Origin: Auanema rhodensis
Taxonomy: Eukaryota > Animalia > Nematoda
Reading direction: 5' to 3'
Assembly (NCBI GenBank): GCA_964057225.1
Contig: OZ059896.1
Location: 1,736,001 to 1,800,000 of the forward strand
Length of the DNA: 64,000 bases
The stretch's first letter is position 1, and each line of letters opens with the position of its first letter. The position numbers and the translations under genes are program-made. Shown here one piece after another: positions 11,935 through 25,800 of this stretch. A model generated the notes under the pieces. That model saw nothing but the letters and a program-made list of their open reading frames with translations, ran no database searches and was not told the DNA's origin.

Positions 11935-12636
11935 TTTAGCTTTTCTCAATGTAGTATAGTGCATTCGATGCGGATTTTTAAGCTGCGTCGATCTGTGTTA
12001 TCAGATTTGCGCTAGCTTAAAAATGCACCGAGATATCAACTGATATAAGTTCACACTTATATCCTCGATTTTCACCCTGAAGAATTAATTTTTTCGTTGA
12101 ATAACATTGTCTATCGTTTTTGCCTTGAAAAAAGGAATCTAAAAACATCTACTTTTTGCTAAATTATTTTGAAATTTTTCGAAAAAATTTTTGTCAAAAT
12201 GTTTTTGGAAGCAATTTTGAGTGTACATGGAAACTCAACATACACTAATGCATCATTTTTCAAACGATCATAACTAATTTTTGTATTTAGCTTTTCTCAA
12301 TGTTATATAGTGCATTCGATGCGGATTTTTAAGCTGCGTCGATCTGTGTTATCAGATTTGCGCTAGCTTAAAAATGCACCGAGATATCAACTGATATAAG
12401 TTCACACTTATATCCTCGATTTTCACCCTGAAGAATTAATTTTTTCGTTGAATAACATTGTCTATCGTTTTTGCCTTGAAAAAAGGAATCTAAAAACATC
12501 TACTTTTTGCTAAATTATTTTGAAATTTTTCGAAAAAATTTTTGTCAAAATGTTTTTGGAAGCAATTTTGAGTGTACATGGAAACTCAACATACACTAAT
12601 GCATCATTTTTCAAACGATCATAACTAATTTTTGTA

Positions 12637-15600
12637 TTTAGCTTTTCTCAATGTTATATAGTGCATTCGATGCGGATTTTTAAGCTGCGTCGATCTGTGT
12701 TATCAGATTTGCGCTAGCTTAAAAATGCACCGAGATATCAACTGATATAAGTTCACACATATATCCTCGATTTTCACCCTGAAGAATTAATTTTTTCGTT
12801 GAATAACATTGTCCATCGTTTTTGCCTTGAAAAAAGGAATCTAAAAACAACTACTTTTTGCTAAATTATTCTCAAATTTTTCGAAAAAATTTTTGTCAAA
12901 ATGTTTTTGGAAGCAATTTTGAGTGTACATGGAAACTCAACATACACTAATGCATCATTTTTCAAACGATCATAACTAATTTTTGTATTTAGCTTTTCTC
13001 AATGTAGTATAGTGCATTCGATGCGGATTTTTAAGCTGCGTCGATCTGTGTTATCAGATTTGCGCTAGCTTAAAAATGCACCGAGATATCAACTGATATA
13101 AGTTCACACTTATATTCTCGATTTTCACCCTGAAGAAATAATTTTTTCGTTGAATAACATTGTCCATCGTTTTTGCCTTGAAAAAAGGAATCTAAAAACA
13201 TCTACTTTTTGCTAAATTATTCTCAAATTTTTCGAAAAAATTTTTGTCAAAATGTTTTTGGAAGCAATTTTGAGTGTACATGGAAACTCAACATACACTA
13301 ATGCATCATTTTTCAAACGATCATAACTAATTTTTGTATTTAGCTTTTCTCAATGTAGTATAGTGCATTCGATGCGGATTTTTAAGCTGCGTCGATCTGT
13401 GTTATCAGATTTGCGCTAGCTTAAAAATGCACCGAGATATCAACTGATATAAGTTCACACTTATATCCTCGATTTTCACCCTGAAGAATTAATTTTTTCG
13501 TTGAATAACATTGTCTATCGTTTTTGCCTTGAAAAAAGGAATCTAAAAACATCTACTTTTTGCTAAATTATTTTGAAATTTTTCGAAAAAATTTTTGTCA
13601 AAATGTTTTTGGAAGCAATTTTGAGTGTACATGGAAACTCAACATACACTAATGCATCATTTTTCAAACGATCATAACTAATTTTTGTATTTAGCTTTTC
13701 TCAATGTTATATAGTGCATTCGATGCGGATTTTTAAGCTGCGTCGATCTGTGTTATCAGATTTGCGCTAGCTTAAAAATGCACCGAGATATCAACTGATA
13801 TAAGTTCACACATATATCCTCGATTTTCACCCTGAAGAATTAATTTTTTCGTTGAATAACATTGTCCATCGTTTTTGCCTTGAAAAAAGGAATCTAAAAA
13901 CAACTACTTTTTGCTAAATTATTCTCAAATTTTTCGAAAAAATTTTTGTCAAAATGTTTTTGGAAGCAATTTTGAGTGTACATGGAAACTCAACATACAC
14001 TAATGCATCATTTTTCAAACGATCATAACTAATTTTTGTATTCAGCTTTTCTCAATGTAGTATAGTGCATTCGATGCGGATTTTTAAGCTGCGTCGATCT
14101 GTGTTATCAGATTTGCGCTAGCTTAAAAATGCACCGAGATATCAACTGATATAAGTTCACACATATATCCTCGATTTTCACCCTGAAGAATTAATTTTTT
14201 CGTTGAATAACATTGTCCATCGTTTTTGCCTTGAAAAAAGGAATCTAAAAACAACTACTTTTTGCTAAATTATTCTCAAATTTTTCGAAAAAATTTTTGT
14301 CAAAATGTTTTTGGAAGCAATTTTGAGTGTACATGGAAACTCAACATACACTAATGCATCATTTTTCAAACGATCATAACTAATTTTTGTATTTAGCTTT
14401 TCTCAATGTAGTATAGTGCATTCGATGCGGATTTTTAAGCTGCGTCGATCTGTGTTATCAGATTTGCGCTAGCTTAAAAATGCACCGAGATATCAACTGA
14501 TATAAGTTCACACTTATATTCTCGATTTTCACCCTGAAGAAATAATTTTTTCGTTGAATAACATTGTCCATCGTTTTTGCCTTGAAAAAAGGAATCTAAA
14601 AACATCTACTTTTTGCTAAATTATTCTCAAATTTTTCGAAAAAATTTTTGTCAAAATGTTTTTGGAAGCAATTTTGAGTGTACATGGAAACTCAACATAC
14701 ACTAATGCATCATTTTTCAAACGATCATAACTAATTTTTGTATTTAGCTTTTCTCAATGTAGTATAGTGCATTCGATGCGGATTTTTAAGCTGCGTCGAT
14801 CTGTGTTATCAGATTTGCGCTAGCTTAAAAATGCACCGAGATATCAACTGATATAAGTTCACACTTATATCCTCGATTTTCACCCTGAAGAATTAATTTT
14901 TTCGTTGAATAACATTGTCTATCGTTTTTGCCTTGAAAAAAGGAATCTAAAAACATCTACTTTTTGCTAAATTATTTTGAAATTTTTCGAAAAAATTTTT
15001 GTCAAAATGTTTTTGGAAGCAATTTTGAGTGTACATGGAAACTCAACATACACTAATGCATCATTTTTCAAACGATCATAACTAATTTTTGTATTTAGCT
15101 TTTCTCAATGTTATATAGTGCATTCGATGCGGATTTTTAAGCTGCGTCGATCTGTGTTATCAGATTTGCGCTAGCTTAAAAATGCACCGAGATATCAACT
15201 GATATAAGTTCACACATATATCCTCGATTTTCACCCTGAAGAATTAATTTTTTCGTTGAATAACATTGTCCATCGTTTTTGCCTTGAAAAAAGGAATCTA
15301 AAAACAACTACTTTTTGCTAAATTATTCTCAAATTTTTCGAAAAAATTTTTGTCAAAATGTTTTTGGAAGCAATTTTGAGTGTACATGGAAACTCAACAT
15401 ACACTAATGCATCATTTTTCAAACGATCATAACTAATTTTTGTATTCAGCTTTTTTCAATGTAGTATAGTGCATTCGATGCGGATTTTCAAGCTGCGTCG
15501 ATCTGTGTTATCAGATTTGCGCTAGCTTAAAAATGCACCGAGATATCAACTGATATAAGTTCACACTTATATCCTCGATTTTCACCCTGAAGAATTAATT

Positions 15601-16848
15601 TTTTCGTTGAATAACATTGTCTATCGTTTTTGCCTTGAAAAAAGGAATCTAAAAACATCTACTTTTTGCTAAATTATTTTGAAATTTTTCGAAAAAATTT
15701 TTGTCAAAATGTTTTTGGAAGCAATTTTGAGTGTACATGGAAACTCAACATACACTAATGCATCATTTTTCAAACGATCATAACTAATTTTTGTATTTAG
15801 CTTTTCTCAATGTAGTATAGTGCATTCGATGCGGATTTTTAAGCTGCGTCGATCTGTGTTATCAGATTTGCGCTAGCTTAAAAATGCACCGAGATATCAA
15901 CTGATATAAGTTCACACTTATATTCTCGATTTTCACCCTGAAGAAATAATTTTTTCGTTGAATAACATTGTCCATCGTTTTTGCCTTGAAAAAAGGAATC
16001 TAAAAACATCTACTTTTTGCTAAATTATTCTCAAATTTTTCGAAAAAATTTTTGTCAAAATGTTTTTGGAAGCAATTTTGAGTGTACATGGAAACTCAAC
16101 ATACACTAATGCATCATTTTTCAAACGATCATAACTAATTTTTGTATTTAGCTTTTCTCAATGTAGTATAGTGCATTCGATGCGGATTTTTAAGCTGCGT
16201 CGATCTGTGTTATCAGATTTGCGCTAGCTTAAAAATGCACCGAGATATCAACTGATATAAGTTCACACTTATATCCTCGATTTTCACCCTGAAGAATTAA
16301 TTTTTTCGTTGAATAACATTGTCTATCGTTTTTGCCTTGAAAAAAGGAATCTAAAAACATCTACTTTTTGCTAAATTATTTTGAAATTTTTCGAAAAAAT
16401 TTTTGTCAAAATGTTTTTGGAAGCAATTTTGAGTGTACATGGAAACTCAACATACACTAATGCATCATTTTTCAAACGATCATAACTAATTTTTGTATTT
16501 AGCTTTTCTCAATGTTATATAGTGCATTCGATGCGGATTTTTAAGCTGCGTCGATCTGTGTTATCAGATTTGCGCTAGCTTAAAAATGCACCGAGATATC
16601 AACTGATATAAGTTCACACATATATCCTCGATTTTCACCCTGAAGAATTAATTTTTTCGTTGAATAACATTGTCCATCGTTTTTGCCTTGAAAAAAGGAA
16701 TCTAAAAACAACTACTTTTTGCTAAATTATTCTCAAATTTTTCGAAAAAATTTTTGTCAAAATGTTTTTGGAAGCAATTTTGAGTGTACATGGAAACTCA
16801 ACATACACTAATGCATCATTTTTCAAACGATCATAACTAATTTTTGTA
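12637..16848 (+). repeat. Higher-order domain with 4-monomer period (three fixed types plus one variable monomer)
   Basis: The type with tataTtctc + gaaAta + tCtC recurs at 12988, 14392 and 15796 (1404 bp apart). Each is followed by a gtcTat monomer and a gtTAt/cacAt/acaAct monomer. Confidence 0.8.
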
Positions 16849-19800
16849 TTCAGCTTTTTTCAATGTAGTATAGTGCATTCGATGCGGATTTTTATGCTGC
16901 GTCGATCTGTGTTATCAGATTTGCGCTAGCTTAAAAATGCACCGAGATATCAACTGATATAAGTTTACACTTATATCCTCGATTTTCACCCTGAAGAAAT
17001 AATTTTTTCGTTGAATAACATTGTCCATCGTTTTTGCCTTGAAAAAAGGAATCTAAAAACATCTACTTTTTGCTAAATTATTTTGAAATTTTTCGAAAAA
17101 ATTTTTGTCAAAATGTTTTTGGAAGCAATTTTGAGTGTACATGGAAACTCAACATACACTAATGCATCATTTTTCAAACGATCATAACTAATTTTTGTAT
17201 TTAGCTTTTCTCAATGTAATATAGTGCATTCGATGCGGATTTTCAAGCTGCGTCGATCTGTGTTATCCGATTTGCGCTAGCTTAAAAATGCACCGAGATA
17301 TCAACTGATATAAGTTCACACTTATATCCTCGATTTTCACCCTGAAGAATTAATTTTTTCGTTGAATAACATTGTCCATCGTTTTTGCCTTGAAAAAAGG
17401 AATCTAAAAACATCTACTTTTTGCTAAATTATTCTGAAATTTTTCGAAAAAATTTTTGTCAAAATGTTTTTGGAAGCAATTTTGAGTGTACATGGAAACT
17501 CAACATACACTAATGCATCATTTTTCAAACGATCATAACTAATTTTTGTATTAAGCGTTTCTCAATGTTGTATAGTGCATTCGATGCGGATTTTTAAGCT
17601 GCGTCGATCTGTACTATCAGATTTGCGCTAGCTTGAAAATGCACCGAGATATCAACTGATATAAGTTCACACCTATATCCTCGATTTTCACCCTGAAGAA
17701 TTAATTTTTTCGTTGAATAACATTGTCTATCGTTTTTGCCTTGAAAAAAGGAATCTAAAAACATCTACTTTTTGCTAAATTATTCTCAAATTTTTCGAAA
17801 AAATTTTTGTCAAAATGTTTTTGGAAGCAATTTTGAGTGTACATGGAAACTCAACATACACTAATGCATCATTTTTCAAACGATCATAACTAATTTTTGT
17901 ATTAAGCGTTTCTCAATGTAGTATAGTGCATTCGATGCGGATTTTTAAGCTGCGTCGATCTGTGTTATCAGATTTGCGCTAGCTTAAAAATGCACCGAGA
18001 TATCAACTGATATAAGTTCACACTTATATTCTCGATTTTCACCCTGAAGAAATAATTTTTTCGTTGAATAACATTGTCCATCGTTTTTGCCTTGAAAAAA
18101 GAAATCTAAAAACATCTACTTTTTGCTAAATTATTTTGAAATTTTTCGAAAAAATTTTTGTCAAAATGTTTTTGGAAGCAATTTTGAGTGTACATGGAAA
18201 CTCAACATACACTAATGCATCATTTTTCAAACGATCATAACTAATTTTTGTATTCAGCTTTTTTCAATGTAGTATAGTGCATTCGATGCGGATTTTTATG
18301 CTGCGTCGATCTGTGTTATCAGATTTGCGCTAGCTTAAAAATGCACCGAGATATCAACTGATATAAGTTTACACTTATATCCTCGATTTTCACCCTGAAG
18401 AAATAATTTTTTCGTTGAATAACATTGTCCATCGTTTTTGCCTTGAAAAAAGGAATCTAAAAACATCTACTTTTTGCTAAATTATTTTGAAATTTTTCGA
18501 AAAAATTTTTGTCAAAATGTTTTTGGAAGCAATTTTGAGTGTACATGGAAACTCAACATACACTAATGCATCATTTTTCAAACGATCATAACTAATTTTT
18601 GTATTTAGCTTTTCTCAATGTAATATAGTGCATTCGATGCGGATTTTTAAGCTGCGTCGATCTGTGTTATCAGATTTGCGCTAGCTTAAAAATGCACCGA
18701 GATATCAACTGATATAAGTTCACACTTATATCCTCGATTTTCACCCTGAAGAATTAATTTTTTCGTTGAATAACATTGTCCATCGTTTTTGCCTTGAAAA
18801 AAGGAATCTAAAAACATCTATTTTTTGCTAAATTATTTTGAAATTTTTCGAAAAAATTTTTGTCAAAATGTTTTTGGAAGCAATTTTGAGTGTACATGGA
18901 AACTCAACATACACTAATGCATCATTTTTCAAACGATCATAACTAATTTTTGTATTAAGCGTTTCTCAATGTTGTATAGTGCACTCGATGCGGATTTTTA
19001 AGCTGCGTCGATCTGTACTATCAGATTTGCGCTAGCTTGAAAATGCACCGAGATATCAACTGATATAAGTTCACACCTATATCCTCGATTTTCACCCTGA
19101 AGAATTAATTTTTTCGTTGAATAACATTGTCTATCGTTTTTGCCTTGAAAAAAGGAATCTAAAAACATCTACTTTTTGCTAAATTATTCTCAAATTTTTC
19201 GAAAAAATTTTTGTCAAAATGTTTTTGGAAGCAATTTTGAGTGTACATGGAAACTCAACATACACTAATGCATCATTTTTCAAACGATCATAACTAATTT
19301 TTGTATTTAGCTTTTCTCAATGTAATATAGTGCATTCGATGCGGATTTTCAAGCTGCGTCGATCTGTGTTATCAGATTTGCGCTAGCTTAAAAATGCACC
19401 GAGATATCAACTGATATAAGTTCACACTTATATCCTCGATTTTCACCCTGAAGAATTAATTTTTTCGTTGAATAACATTGTCCATCGTTTTTGCCTTGAA
19501 AAAAGGAATCTAAAAACATCTACTTTTTGCTAAATTATTTTGAAATTTTTCGAAAAAATTTTTGTCAAAATGTTTTTGGAAGCAATTTTGAGTGTACATG
19601 GAAACTCAACATACACTAATGCATCATTTTTCAAACGATCATAACTAATTTTTGTATTAAGCGTTTCTCAATGTTGTATAGTGCATTCGATGCGGATTTT
19701 TAAGCTGCGTCGATCTGTACTATCAGATTTGCGCTAGCTTGAAAATGCACCGAGATATCAACTGATATAAGTTCACACCTATATCCTCGATTTTCACCCT

Positions 19801-22800
19801 GAAGAATTAATTTTTTCGTTGAATAACATTGTCTATCGTTTTTGCCTTGAAAAAAGGAATCTAAAAACATCTACTTTTTGCTAAATTATTCTCAAATTTT
19901 TCGAAAAAATTTTTGTCAAAATGTTTTTGGAAGCAATTTTGAGTGTACATGGAAACTCAACATACACTAATGCATCATTTTTCAAACGATCATAACTAAT
20001 TTTTGTATTAAGCGTTTCTTAATGTAGTATAGTGCATTCGATGCGGATTTTTAAGCTGCGTCGATCTGTGTTATCAGATTTGCGCTAGCTTAAAAATGCA
20101 CCGAGATATCAACTGATATAAGTTCACACTTATATTCTCGATTTTCACCCTGAAGAAATAATTTTTTCGTTGAATAACATTGTCCATCGTTTTTGCCTTG
20201 AAAAAAGAAATCTAAAAACATCTACTTTTTGCTAAATTATCTTGAAATTTTTCGAAAAAATTTTTGTCAAAATGTTTTTGGAAGCAATTTTGAGTGTACA
20301 TGGAAACTCAACATACACTAATGCATCATTTTTCAAACGATCATAACTAATTTTTGTATTCAGCTTTTTTCAATGTAGTATAGTGCATTCGATGCGGATT
20401 TTTATGCTGCGTCGATCTGTGTTATCAGATTTGCGCTAGCTTAAAAATGCACCGAGATATCAACTGATATAAGTTTACACTTATATCCTCGATTTTCACC
20501 CTGAAGAAATAATTTTTTCGTTGAATAACATTGTCCATCGTTTTTGCCTTGAAAAAAGGAATCTAAAAACATCTACTTTTTGCTAAATTATTTTGAAATT
20601 TTTCGAAAAAATTTTTGTCAAAATGTTTTTGGAAGCAATTTTGAGTGTACATGGAAACTCAACATACACTAATGCATCATTTTTCAAACGATCATAACTA
20701 ATTTTTGTATTTAGCTTTTCTCAATGTAATATAGTGCATTCGATGCGGATTTTCAAGCTGCGTCGATCTGTGTTATCAGATTTGCGCTAGCTTAAAAATG
20801 CACCGAGATATCAACTGATATAAGTTCACACTTATATCCTCGATTTTCACCCTGAAGAATTAATTTTTTCGTTGAATAACATTGTCCATCGTTTTTGCCT
20901 TGAAAAAAGGAATCTAAAAACATCTACTTTTTGCTAAATTATTTTGAAATTTTTCGAAAAAATTTTTGTCAAAATGTTTTTGGAAGCAATTTTGAGTGTA
21001 CATGGAAACTCAACATACACTAATGCATCATTTTTCAAACGATCATAACTAATTTTTGTATTAAGCGTTTCTCAATGTTGTATAGTGCATTCGATGCGGA
21101 TTTTTAAGCTGCGTCGATCTGTACTATCAGATTTGCGCTAGCTTGAAAATGCACCGAGATATCAACTGATATAAGTTCACACCTATATCCTCGATTTTCA
21201 CCCTGAAGAATTAATTTTTTCGTTGAATAACATTGTCTATCGTTTTTGCCTTGAAAAAAGGAATCTAAAAACATCTACTTTTTGCTAAATTATTCTCAAA
21301 TTTTTCGAAAAAATTTTTGTCAAAATGTTTTTGGAAGCAATTTTGAGTGTACATGGAAACTCAACATACACTAATGCATCATTTTTCAAACGATCATAAC
21401 TAATTTTTGTATTAAGCGTTTCTCAATGTAGTATAGTGCATTCGATGCGGATTTTTAAGCTGCGTCGATCTGTGTTATCAGATTTGCGCTAGCTTAAAAA
21501 TGCACCGAGATATCAACTGATATAAGTTCACACTTATATTCTCGATTTTCACCCTGAAGAAATAATTTTTTCGTTGAATAACATTGTCCATCGTTTTTGC
21601 CTTGAAAAAAGAAATCTAAAAACATCTACTTTTTGCTAAATTATTTTGAAATTTTTCGAAAAAATTTTTGTCAAAATGTTTTTGGAAGCAATTTTGAGTG
21701 TACATGGAAACTCAACATACACTAATGCATCATTTTTCAAACGATCATAACTAATTTTTGTATTTAGCTTTTTTCAATGTAGTATAGTGCATTCGATGCG
21801 GATTTTTATGCTGCGTCGATCTGTGTTATCAGATTTGCGCTAGCTTAAAAATGCACCGAGATATCAACTGATATAAGTTTACACTTATATCCTCGATTTT
21901 CACCCTGAAGAAATAATTTTTTCGTTGAATAACATTGTCCATCGTTTTTGCCTTGAAAAAAGGAATCTAAAAACATCTACTTTTTGCTAAATTATTTTGA
22001 AATTTTTCGAAAAAATTTTTGTCAAAATGTTTTTGGAAGCAATTTTGAGTGTACATGGAAACTCAACATACACTAATGCATCATTTTTCAAACGATCATA
22101 ACTAATTTTTGTATTTAGCTTTTCTCAATGTAGTATAGTGCATTCGATGCGGATTTTTATGCTGCGTCGATCTGTGTTATCAGATTTGCGCTAGCTTAAA
22201 AATGCACCGAGATATCAACTGATATAAGTTTACACTTATATCCTCGATTTTCACCCTGAAGAAATAATTTTTTCGTTGAATAACATTGTCCATCGTTTTT
22301 GCCTTGAAAAAAGGAATCTAAAAACATCTACTTTTTGCTAAATTATTTTGAAATTTTTCGAAAAAATTTTTGTCAAAATGTTTTTGGAAGCAATTTTGAG
22401 TGTACATGGAAACTCAACATACACTAATGCATCATTTTTCAAACGATCATAACTAATTTTTGTATTTAGCTTTTCTCAATGTAGTATAGTGCATTCGATG
22501 CGGATTTTTATGCTGCGTCGATCTGTGTTATCAGATTTGCGCTAGCTTAAAAATGCACCGAGATATCAACTGATATAAGTTCACACCTATATCCTCGATT
22601 TTCACCCTGAAGAATTAATTTTTTCGTTGAATAACATTGTCTATCGTTTTTGCCTTGAAAAAAGGAATCTAAAAACATCTACTTTTTGCTAAATTATTTT
22701 GAAATTTTTCGAAAAAATTTTTGTCAAAATGTTTTTGGAAGCAATTTTGAGTGTACATGGAAACTCAACATACACTAATGCATCATTTTTCAAACGATCA

Positions 22801-25800
22801 TAACTAATTTTTGTATTAAGCGTTTCTCAATGTTGTATAGTGCATTCGATGCGGATTTTTAAGCTGCGTCGATCTGTACTATCAGATTTGCGCTAGCTTG
22901 AAAATGCACCGAGATATCAACTGATATAAGTTCACACCTATATCCTCGATTTTCACCCTGAAGAATTAATTTTTTCGTTGAATAACATTGTCTATCGTTT
23001 TTGCCTTGAAAAAAGGAATCTAAAAACATCTACTTTTTGCTAAATTATTCTCAAATTTTTCGAAAAAATTTTTGTCAAAATGTTTTTGGAAGCAATTTTG
23101 AGTGTACATGGAAACTCAACATACACTAATGCATCATTTTTCAAACGATCATAACTAATTTTTGTATTAAGCGTTTCTCAATGTAGTATAGTGCATTCGA
23201 TGCGGATTTTTAAGCTGCGTCGATCTGTGTTATCAGATTTGCGCTAGCTTAAAAATGCACCGAGATATCAACTGATATAAGTTCACACTTATATTCTCGA
23301 TTTTCACCCTGAAGAAATAATTTTTTCGTTGAATAACATTGTCCATCGTTTTTGCCTTGAAAAAAGAAATCTAAAAACATCTACTTTTTGCTAAATTATT
23401 TTGAAATTTTTCGAAAAAATTTTTGTCAAAATGTTTTTGGAAGCAATTTTGAGTGTACATGGAAACTCAACATACACTAATGCATCATTTTTCAAACGAT
23501 CATAACTAATTTTTGTATTTAGCTTTTTTCAATGTAGTATAGTGCATTCGATGCGGATTTTTATGCTGCGTCGATCTGTGTTATCAGATTTGCGCTAGCT
23601 TAAAAATGCACCGAGATATCAACTGATATAAGTTTACACTTATATCCTCGATTTTCACCCTGAAGAAATAATTTTTTCGTTGAATAACATTGTCCATCGT
23701 TTTTGCCTTGAAAAAAGGAATCTAAAAACATCTACTTTTTGCTAAATTATTTTGAAATTTTTCGAAAAAATTTTTGTCAAAATGTTTTTGGAAGCAATTT
23801 TGAGTGTACATGGAAACTCAACATACACTAATGCATCATTTTTCAAACGATCATAACTAATTTTTGTATTTAGCTTTTCTCAATGTAATATAGTGCATTC
23901 GATGCGGATTTTCAAGCTGCGTCGATCTGTGTTATCAGATTTGCGCTAGCTTAAAAATGCACCGAGATATCAACTGATATAAGTTCACACTTATATCCTC
24001 GATTTTCACCCTGAAGAATTAATTTTTTCGTTGAATAACATTGTCCATCGTTTTTGCCTTGAAAAAAGGAATCTAAAAACATCTACTTTTTGCTAAATTA
24101 TTTTGAAATTTTTCGAAAAAATTTTTGTCAAAATGTTTTTGGAAGCAATTTTGAGTGTACATGGAAACTCAACATACACTAATGCATCATTTTTCAAACG
24201 ATCATAACTAATTTTTGTATTAAGCGTTTCTCAATGTTGTATAGTGCATTCGATGCGGATTTTTAAGCTGCGTCGATCTGTACTATCAGATTTGCGCTAG
24301 CTTGAAAATGCACCGAGATATCAACTGATATAAGTTCACACCTATATCCTCGATTTTCACCCTGAAGAATTAATTTTTTCGTTGAATAACATTGTCTATC
24401 GTTTTTGCCTTGAAAAAAGGAATCTAAAAACATCTACTTTTTGCTAAATTATTCTCAAATTTTTCGAAAAAATTTTTGTCAAAATGTTTTTGGAAGCAAT
24501 TTTGAGTGTACATGGAAACTCAACATACACTAATGCATCATTTTTCAAACGATCATAACTAATTTTTCTATTTAGCTTTTCTCAATGTAATATAGTGCAT
24601 TCGATGCGGATTTTCAAGCTGCGTCGATCTGTGTTATCAGATTTGCGCTAGCTTAAAAATGCACCGAGATATCAACTGATATAAGTTCACACTTATATCC
24701 TCGATTTTCACCCTGAAGAATTAATTTTTTCGTTGAATAACATTGTCCATCGTTTTTGCCTTGAAAAAAGGAATCTAAAAACATCTACTTTTTGCTAAAT
24801 TATTTTGAAATTTTTCGAAAAAATTTTTGTCAAAATGTTTTTGGAAGCAATTTTGAGTGTACATGGAAACTCAACATACACTAATGCATCATTTTTCAAA
24901 CGATCATAACTAATTTTTGTATTAAGCGTTTCTCAATGTTGTATAGTGCATTCGATGCGGATTTTTAAGCTGCGTCGATCTGTACTATCAGATTTGCGCT
25001 AGCTTGAAAATGCACCGAGATATCAACTGATATAAGTTCACACCTATATCCTCGATTTTCACCCTGAAGAATTAATTTTTTCGTTGAATAACATTGTCTA
25101 TCGTTTTTGCCTTGAAAAAAGGAATCTAAAAACATCTACTTTTTGCTAAATTATTCTCAAATTTTTCGAAAAAATTTTTGTCAAAATGTTTTTGGAAGCA
25201 ATTTTGAGTGTACATGGAAACTCAACATACACTAATGCATCATTTTTCAAACGATCATAACTAATTTTTGTATTAAGCGTTTCTCAATGTAGTATAGTGC
25301 ATTCGATGCGGATTTTTAAGCTGCGTCGATCTGTGTTATCAGATTTGCGCTAGCTTAAAAATGCACCGAGATATCAACTGATATAAGTTCACACTTATAT
25401 TCTCGATTTTCACCCTGAAGAAATAATTTTTTCGTTGAATAACATTGTCCATCGTTTTTGCCTTGAAAAAAGAAATCTAAAAACATCTACTTTTTGCTAA
25501 ATTATTTTGAAATTTTTCGAAAAAATTTTTGTCAAAATGTTTTTGGAAGCAATTTTGAGTGTACATGGAAACTCAACATACACTAATGCATCATTTTTCA
25601 AACGATCATAACTAATTTTTGTATTCAGCTTTTTTCAATGTAGTATAGTGCATTCGATGCGGATTTTTATGCTGCGTCGATCTGTGTTATCAGATTTGCG
25701 CTAGCTTAAAAATGCACCGAGATATCAACTGATATAAGTTTACACTTATATCCTCGATTTTCACCCTGAAGAAATAATTTTTTCGTTGAATAACATTGTC

